64,000 nt of DNA from an uncultured delta proteobacterium (lineage in GTDB: Bacteria; Desulfobacterota; Desulfobacteria; Desulfobacterales; Desulfatirhabdiaceae). Below, one piece after another: positions 59,406 to 64,000 of the stretch. Numbering within the stretch: position 1 is the stretch's first letter; each line of letters begins with the position of its first letter. The position numbers were made by a program, and so were the translations under genes. The notes under the pieces were generated by a model. The model made no database searches, had not been told where the DNA came from, and worked only from the letters and a program-made list of their open reading frames with translations. The stretch is from positions 64,001 through 128,000 of the forward strand of contig CAWBKP010000021.1 in the NCBI GenBank assembly GCA_963789395.1. The letters run 5' to 3'.

Positions 59406-59434
59406 TTGACAGCATACGGAACAAGTATTATATT
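59406..59434 (+). promoter_or_regulatory. Sigma70 promoter
   Basis: TTGACA, 17-nt spacer, TATATT. Confidence 0.7.
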
Positions 59435-59539
59435 TGTTTAATTATTTGTTATCACATTACTTTATTATCGGAACTTCGTTTCAGATCTACGGTAGGGAGG
59501 CGAATTACACAACACCAACTACAATCAAAGGGGGCTGAC

Positions 59540-59851
59540 ATGAAAGTAAACGATTATTGCAAGAATGTTGAGCAGGAACTGACGGTATGGAAAGCAAGGC
59601 TTTATGATGCAAACCGGAAGATCGACACATTGCCGAGCAACGTAAAACAGCAGATTCTGGGCCACATGGGCGCTCTGCAGATGATTGTCGGCGACATGGA
59701 AGAGCGGATTGCAAAACTTTCTAATGAATGTCCGACTGAGTGGAGCCCTGTCAAAAAAGAGATCGACAAGGGTCATGTTGACATGAGAAGCAAGTATGAA
59801 GAGACCATGGAACTGATCGGCAAAGCGGCGCCTGTTTCCATTGCGGGTTGA
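59540..59851 (+). CDS. Small helical hypothetical protein
   Basis: Own promoter, RBS AAGGGGG and terminator; YC...EL..WKA and CPTEWSP motifs. Confidence 0.85.
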   Translation: MKVNDYCKNVEQELTVWKARLYDANRKIDTLPSNVKQQILGHMGALQMIVGDMEERIAKLSNECPTEWSPVKKEIDKGHVDMRSKYEETMELIGKAAPVSIAG

Positions 59852-59918
59852 TAGGAAACAGTTATCACACGCTTTGTATGCACGCATGCAATGATGCTAA
59901 GATGACAATTTGCAAGCC

Positions 59919-59954
59919 AAGAGGCAACCGGTAATCCGGTTGCCTCTTTTTTTT
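59919..59954 (+). terminator. Intrinsic terminator
   Basis: Perfect 13-bp stem AAGAGGCAACCGG-TAAT-CCGGTTGCCTCTT plus T-run. Confidence 0.9.
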
Positions 59955-59974
59955 CGGTTTTTTCGCTTATCACT

Positions 59975-62161
59975 TCAGCGTCTGGGCTTTCCGATGATCA
60001 CGATCCCCAGATGTCCGTCCACGGTGATGAAATCCCCTGTCCGGATTTGATTCACTGCATCCGTCACGCCTGTCACGCAGGGGATGCCGTACTCCCTGGC
60101 GATGATGGCGCCGTGGATGAGCATGCCTCCGCGCCTCTCCACAATCGCCGCGGCAAGGGGGACCACGAAGGTCATTCCGGGGTCCACCGCGTCGCACACG
60201 AGGATCTCCCCGCTGCGAAAACTGAAAAGATCGGCGGAATCGAGAACAACCCTGGCGTTTCCCAGTGCCACGCCGGGTCCGGCCGGTTGACCGAGAATCT
60301 GTCTCGGCTTTAGAAAAAAGCCATTCTTTTTTTTATTAGATCCAGGTGCCTTGCGCTCGGGCGTTTCAAGGCGGGTCTCACTTTGCACCGCTCGCGGCAG
60401 ATCATCGGATACCGATATCTCGTTTTCAGATACTTGCCCTGCCGCCATGCGACGGCGTCCCTCATCCACAGCCGCCAGCAGCTGGCCCTTGATTTTCCCC
60501 ATGTAGATGTTGTCATCATCCCGGATCCGATAGCTGGCCCGGGCCAGTTCAAGCAGTTCAAGGGCAAAAGGCCGCTGTGCTTTTTCGAAACGGGAGAAGA
60601 ACGCCTCATCCGATTGCTCCGGGTGCTGCATTTTTCGGGAGGGCTCATTTTCCGGGCGTGACGTCATCTGTAAAACAAGGTCCAGGAGCCGGCCCGAATC
60701 CTGCCCCAACCGGCCATCCTCCCATGCCAGATCCCCGAATTGCTCCAGAACCTGCTCCAGCAGTTCTTTTACCTCCGAACGGCAGTCGCCGGCCTTTCCT
60801 GCCAGTATGCAGGCCCTGTCGCCGGGATCTTTTCGGATCAATGTCGCAAGATCCTCCAGCATCCGGTTTCTGCGGACGCTGACCAAGCCGGGGCTCCCAA
60901 GCAGGGTCATGAACTGAAAGGGGTCTTCCGGTTTCATGACATCATTGTAGATTTTTCCAAACAATCTCATGCCGTGGGCAAAAGGAATGCAGTCGCGTCT
61001 GTAGATCTCTTCCCAATCCTCATAAATCCGCCTGCGCCTGCGGATCTCCCGGGCAAGGGCCGAATCCGGGAGGGCGGAAAGATTCACCAGGCTCATATCG
61101 AGGGCTTCTTTTTCCATCCGGGGCAGGAGTTCTTTTTCGATCGATGTCCGCAGGGCGTTGAGATTCTCAAAGCTTCTGTGAAGACTCATGTACCACGGGC
61201 GCTGGTCCTCAGACGGGGTTCGGGTGGTGATGGGCCGTGCCTGAAGCGCCACCAGGCTGTCCGTGCAATACGTCCACTCCACATCCTGGGGGGAGCCGAA
61301 CAGGGATTCGGCCTGCATGGCAAGCCCGTAAACCTCCCCGACTTCACTGTCGTTAAGCGGGGGGCGTTTCCGCAGCCGGCGCGGCAGAATCCCCAACCGG
61401 ACATCCCGGGGTCCGGGCATCAGAATCTTTTCTCTGCGGGCCGAATAATGAGATAAAATCCGCCCGCTGTTACGGTCCAGGATCCACCGGTCCGGTTCCA
61501 CGGTCCCGTCTACCAGTCCCTGGTTGAGTCCATGGACGGCCTCGACGGCAGACTGCTTCTCATGAACCGGGCTCATGCCGAAGGCAACCCCCGAGCGCTG
61601 GCCGAAAGCCATCTCCTGGACCACCACCGCCATGGCGCTTTTTCCCACATCGAGGCCAAGCTCCTGCCGGTAGAGAAGCGCCCGGTCGGACCACAGGGAC
61701 GCCCACACAAGCCGGATATGCTCCAGAATGGATGCCGTGCCCCGGATATTGACAAAGGATTCGTGGAGACCCGCAAAGGATGTTTTTGAAGAATCTTCCC
61801 CAGGAGCCGATGACCTGACCGAAACCGGACGCTCGGCAAACCGGGTGGCAAGGATATCCGTCAGTTGCTCCCGGATACTTCCAGTCAAAGGGGTCTTCAT
61901 GAACATGTTCCGGATGCGAAGCGCCGTATCCCAGAGCTCTTCCCACCGCATCTGTTCAAAGGGCTTTCGGTAGAGCTCCATGTAAAGCTGATCCCGTATC
62001 CCCGTTGATGACATATAGTCCCGATAGACCTCCGTGCTGATGGCGACCGCCTCCGGAACATGAAAGCCGTGTTTTCGCAACATTGCCAGGGCAAAGCCCT
62101 TGCCGCCGGTCCGGGACCGGTCCTTTCGGGTGATTTCATGAAGAGACAGGACCGGTTTCAT
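59975..62161 (-). CDS. PEP-utilising enzyme-like kinase (PPDK-type ATP-grasp, central domain, C-terminal His swivel domain)
   Basis: GGKG, VRSSA..ED....SFAG, MAVVVQEM, PQDVEW, LQARPIT; C-terminal GGMLIHGAIIAREYGIP, VDG..G. Start overlaps the upstream stop (ATGA). Confidence 0.9.
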   Translation of the reverse strand: MKPVLSLHEITRKDRSRTGGKGFALAMLRKHGFHVPEAVAISTEVYRDYMSSTGIRDQLYMELYRKPFEQMRWEELWDTALRIRNMFMKTPLTGSIREQLTDILATRFAERPVSVRSSAPGEDSSKTSFAGLHESFVNIRGTASILEHIRLVWASLWSDRALLYRQELGLDVGKSAMAVVVQEMAFGQRSGVAFGMSPVHEKQSAVEAVHGLNQGLVDGTVEPDRWILDRNSGRILSHYSARREKILMPGPRDVRLGILPRRLRKRPPLNDSEVGEVYGLAMQAESLFGSPQDVEWTYCTDSLVALQARPITTRTPSEDQRPWYMSLHRSFENLNALRTSIEKELLPRMEKEALDMSLVNLSALPDSALAREIRRRRRIYEDWEEIYRRDCIPFAHGMRLFGKIYNDVMKPEDPFQFMTLLGSPGLVSVRRNRMLEDLATLIRKDPGDRACILAGKAGDCRSEVKELLEQVLEQFGDLAWEDGRLGQDSGRLLDLVLQMTSRPENEPSRKMQHPEQSDEAFFSRFEKAQRPFALELLELARASYRIRDDDNIYMGKIKGQLLAAVDEGRRRMAAGQVSENEISVSDDLPRAVQSETRLETPERKAPGSNKKKNGFFLKPRQILGQPAGPGVALGNARVVLDSADLFSFRSGEILVCDAVDPGMTFVVPLAAAIVERRGGMLIHGAIIAREYGIPCVTGVTDAVNQIRTGDFITVDGHLGIVIIGKPRR

Positions 62162-62613
62162 TGTCCGATGTGAACCTCCACAACACTCTGAAAACGCGTG
62201 ACCACGAAAAATGACCGAACCCGTATCTGGCAGAGGGCGCAACTGGGCGACAAGACAAACTCCCTCAGGTGGGGGTGTTTGGCAAGATAACTATCCAGAA
62301 CATTTTCCCGTTCAAGGGCGGGCACCTCCCCGGCCGTGCCGGTCGCCGTTGAAGCCATGGCCCGGCGAAAGTCGGATGCTTCGTTGGACCGGTTGTCCAC
62401 GAGCATGGACACCCGCGGATCGGCGCAAAGGTTGGCATATTTACGGGTGGAACGGGTGGTGGCGAAATAGAGGGACTTCAGGTCGAGGCTTGAAGCAAAT
62501 GCAACCAGGCTGGTATAGGGCTGACCTCTGTCGTGGGTGGCCAGAACGGCCAGGGGCTGGGAACGCAACAGCTTTCCGAGGTCGCGCTTGACGTTGCTGA
62601 GGTCTTTATCCAT
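62158..62613 (-). CDS. Pyridoxamine 5'-phosphate oxidase-like FMN-binding split-barrel protein
   Basis: LAVLAT....PYTSLVAF, FAT...TRKY.NL..DPRVS. Confidence 0.88.
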   Translation of the reverse strand: MDKDLSNVKRDLGKLLRSQPLAVLATHDRGQPYTSLVAFASSLDLKSLYFATTRSTRKYANLCADPRVSMLVDNRSNEASDFRRAMASTATGTAGEVPALERENVLDSYLAKHPHLREFVLSPSCALCQIRVRSFFVVTRFQSVVEVHIGQ

Positions 62614-63142
62614 GGGTTCCTTTCCGGGGCCGGGATAATGGCCGGCCGGCCAACAGGTTCTGTTCGATTGCCTGCTTTCTGAAGAAAAAAATCCGCCTGA
62701 GTTGGGCCGCTACCAGCGGGTGAAAGAGCTCTCCGGCAGGAAAAAGCGGCAGGCGATAGGTAACCTCGTCCCGAATCGTTGTCATCCCGCCTTCTTCATG
62801 AAATCGGTGGGTGTGTACCCACAGCCTGTAGGGGCCGTATATCTGCGTATCCGCGAATCGGCGGGGAGGGTCCCACAGCGAAATCCGCGTTCGCCACCTG
62901 AAGGGAAAGCCGAAGAGCCGCAGCCGGTAATCGATCCGGGTTCCCTTTTTCAGTTGCACGGGCCGGGGGCCGACAATGCGGAAGTGAAGCTCCGGGGGCG
63001 TGATGCGTTCGAGATTCGCGGCGTCGCCGAAAAAGGCAAAAACCGCCGCGATGTCAAGTGGCAGGCGCATGGCGGTCCTGAGGACATGCGTCATCCCATC
63101 CGGTTTTTCAACATCGATACTGAACTCAAAAGGCGCTTTCAT
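62606..63142 (-). CDS. SRPBCC-family protein
   Basis: VFAFF....NLERITPP, W.T.I..WDPP..F.D.Q..GPY..W.H.H.F. Confidence 0.88.
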   Translation of the reverse strand: MKAPFEFSIDVEKPDGMTHVLRTAMRLPLDIAAVFAFFGDAANLERITPPELHFRIVGPRPVQLKKGTRIDYRLRLFGFPFRWRTRISLWDPPRRFADTQIYGPYRLWVHTHRFHEEGGMTTIRDEVTYRLPLFPAGELFHPLVAAQLRRIFFFRKQAIEQNLLAGRPLSRPRKGTHG

Positions 63143-63149
63143 GGCGGCA

Positions 63150-64000
63150 TCACAGATCCGGCGGCGGATCGAGAAGGGTTTCAACCCAGCGGGGCGGAAA
63201 GCCGTCAAGACCATGTGCAGCGCCTATCAGGGCCCCCAGAACCGCCCCGCGCCCGGCATTGTCGCCCCCGAGATTGGTGTTGGCGACAAGCGCCGCTTCC
63301 GGGTTGTCATGATATTTCAGCGCCAGATATACGACAGCGGGAACGGCGTCTTCCACATAGCAGGCCGTGCTCAATCGCCGGCCCACGACCATGTCGTCGG
63401 CTTCGGACAGCCATTTTATAAAGGGATGTCCCAGGAGCGGATTTTTCTGAGCGGCAATTTGTGCGATTGCCGCCTCCCGCAGCGGGGTGCCTGCAAGCAC
63501 CGAAAGCAACAGATCGATGACCAGAGCTGCCGCCGTCCGCATCTTCATTCCGGCATGCGTCAGGGCAAGATGATCCAGGGCCGCAGTCCGGGCAAGGGCC
63601 GGCTGGTTGCGGTAATAAACCACGATGGGCAGGATGCCGCCAATGCCGCCGATATGTTTTTCCACAGCGCCGCATTTCTCCGGAGGCTGTCCCTTTGCGT
63701 AATTGGTGAAAAAATTCCGGTGGCATTCCTCGATATAAGTGTCCCGGTGGCTTCCGGGCGTCGTCATAAAGGCGATATATCTTTGGAGAAAATCGGCGGA
63801 AGCGTATCCGCCGGATTCTATGAGAGAATCCATGAGAAGGCGGCTGATCTTGACGTTCAGCGTATTTTCGCCCGCCTTGAGGAACTGGTGGTAGTGAACA
63901 TTTTTTTTGCCCCAGTATCTGGCCTGATCATGGAGGATTTCCCCTTTGACGTTTTGTGCCCGATATTCCGATCGCCAGAGAATGCTGTCCGGATGTTCTT
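63150..64000 (-). CDS. ADP-ribosylglycohydrolase family protein (5' end outside the window)
   Basis: Open frame from the window edge (HPDSILW...HYHQFLKAGENTLN), LTH, ANTNLGGDNAGRGAVLGAL. Confidence 0.85.
   Translation of the reverse strand, partial: EHPDSILWRSEYRAQNVKGEILHDQARYWGKKNVHYHQFLKAGENTLNVKISRLLMDSLIESGGYASADFLQRYIAFMTTPGSHRDTYIEECHRNFFTNYAKGQPPEKCGAVEKHIGGIGGILPIVVYYRNQPALARTAALDHLALTHAGMKMRTAAALVIDLLLSVLAGTPLREAAIAQIAAQKNPLLGHPFIKWLSEADDMVVGRRLSTACYVEDAVPAVVYLALKYHDNPEAALVANTNLGGDNAGRGAVLGALIGAAHGLDGFPPRWVETLLDPPPDL

Noticed and set aside
59975..64000. Dedicated rifamycin-resistance locus (RPH plus ADP-ribosyl enzyme)
   Set aside because: Only the domain architecture is shared. 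No Arr transferase is present and rifamycin-binding residues cannot be verified, so it is kept only as an unknown-substrate operon.

Overview
Chromosomal window (about 50-55% GC by eye) from a diderm bacterium. Gene order (lysS-lolE-lolD-bamA-skp-lpxD-fabZ-lpxA-oxidoreductase-lpxB-msbA; pilC-pilS; gyrA-gpsA-radC-pgk) and protein styles point to a Desulfobacterota/'Deltaproteobacteria' organism (inference). Contents in order: a Cu/Ag-type RND efflux locus with two outer-membrane factors and a Met-rich periplasmic protein; USP, ygiQ and a pabB-pabC fusion; housekeeping genes; a ppnP-gatZ-like-kinase operon; an orphan LivK followed by a decayed livF stub; pilC-pilS; a YbhGFSR-like ABC exporter; the outer-membrane/lipid A cluster; an IS200 remnant; a TetR/oxidase pair; and an ADP-ribosylglycohydrolase-SRPBCC-PNPOx-PEP-utilising kinase operon. 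About 15 single-base frameshifts, including in the normally essential bamA and lpxB, indicate uncorrected sequencing indels rather than real pseudogenes. The most unusual signal is non-coding: a dispersed family of 7-bp-periodic palindromic elements (at least five copies, up to 32/35 identical) lying about 48-80 nt upstream of unrelated genes, plus other 7- and 8-bp-periodic inverted-repeat classes and a MITE-like element. No rRNA, tRNA or CRISPR array was seen.
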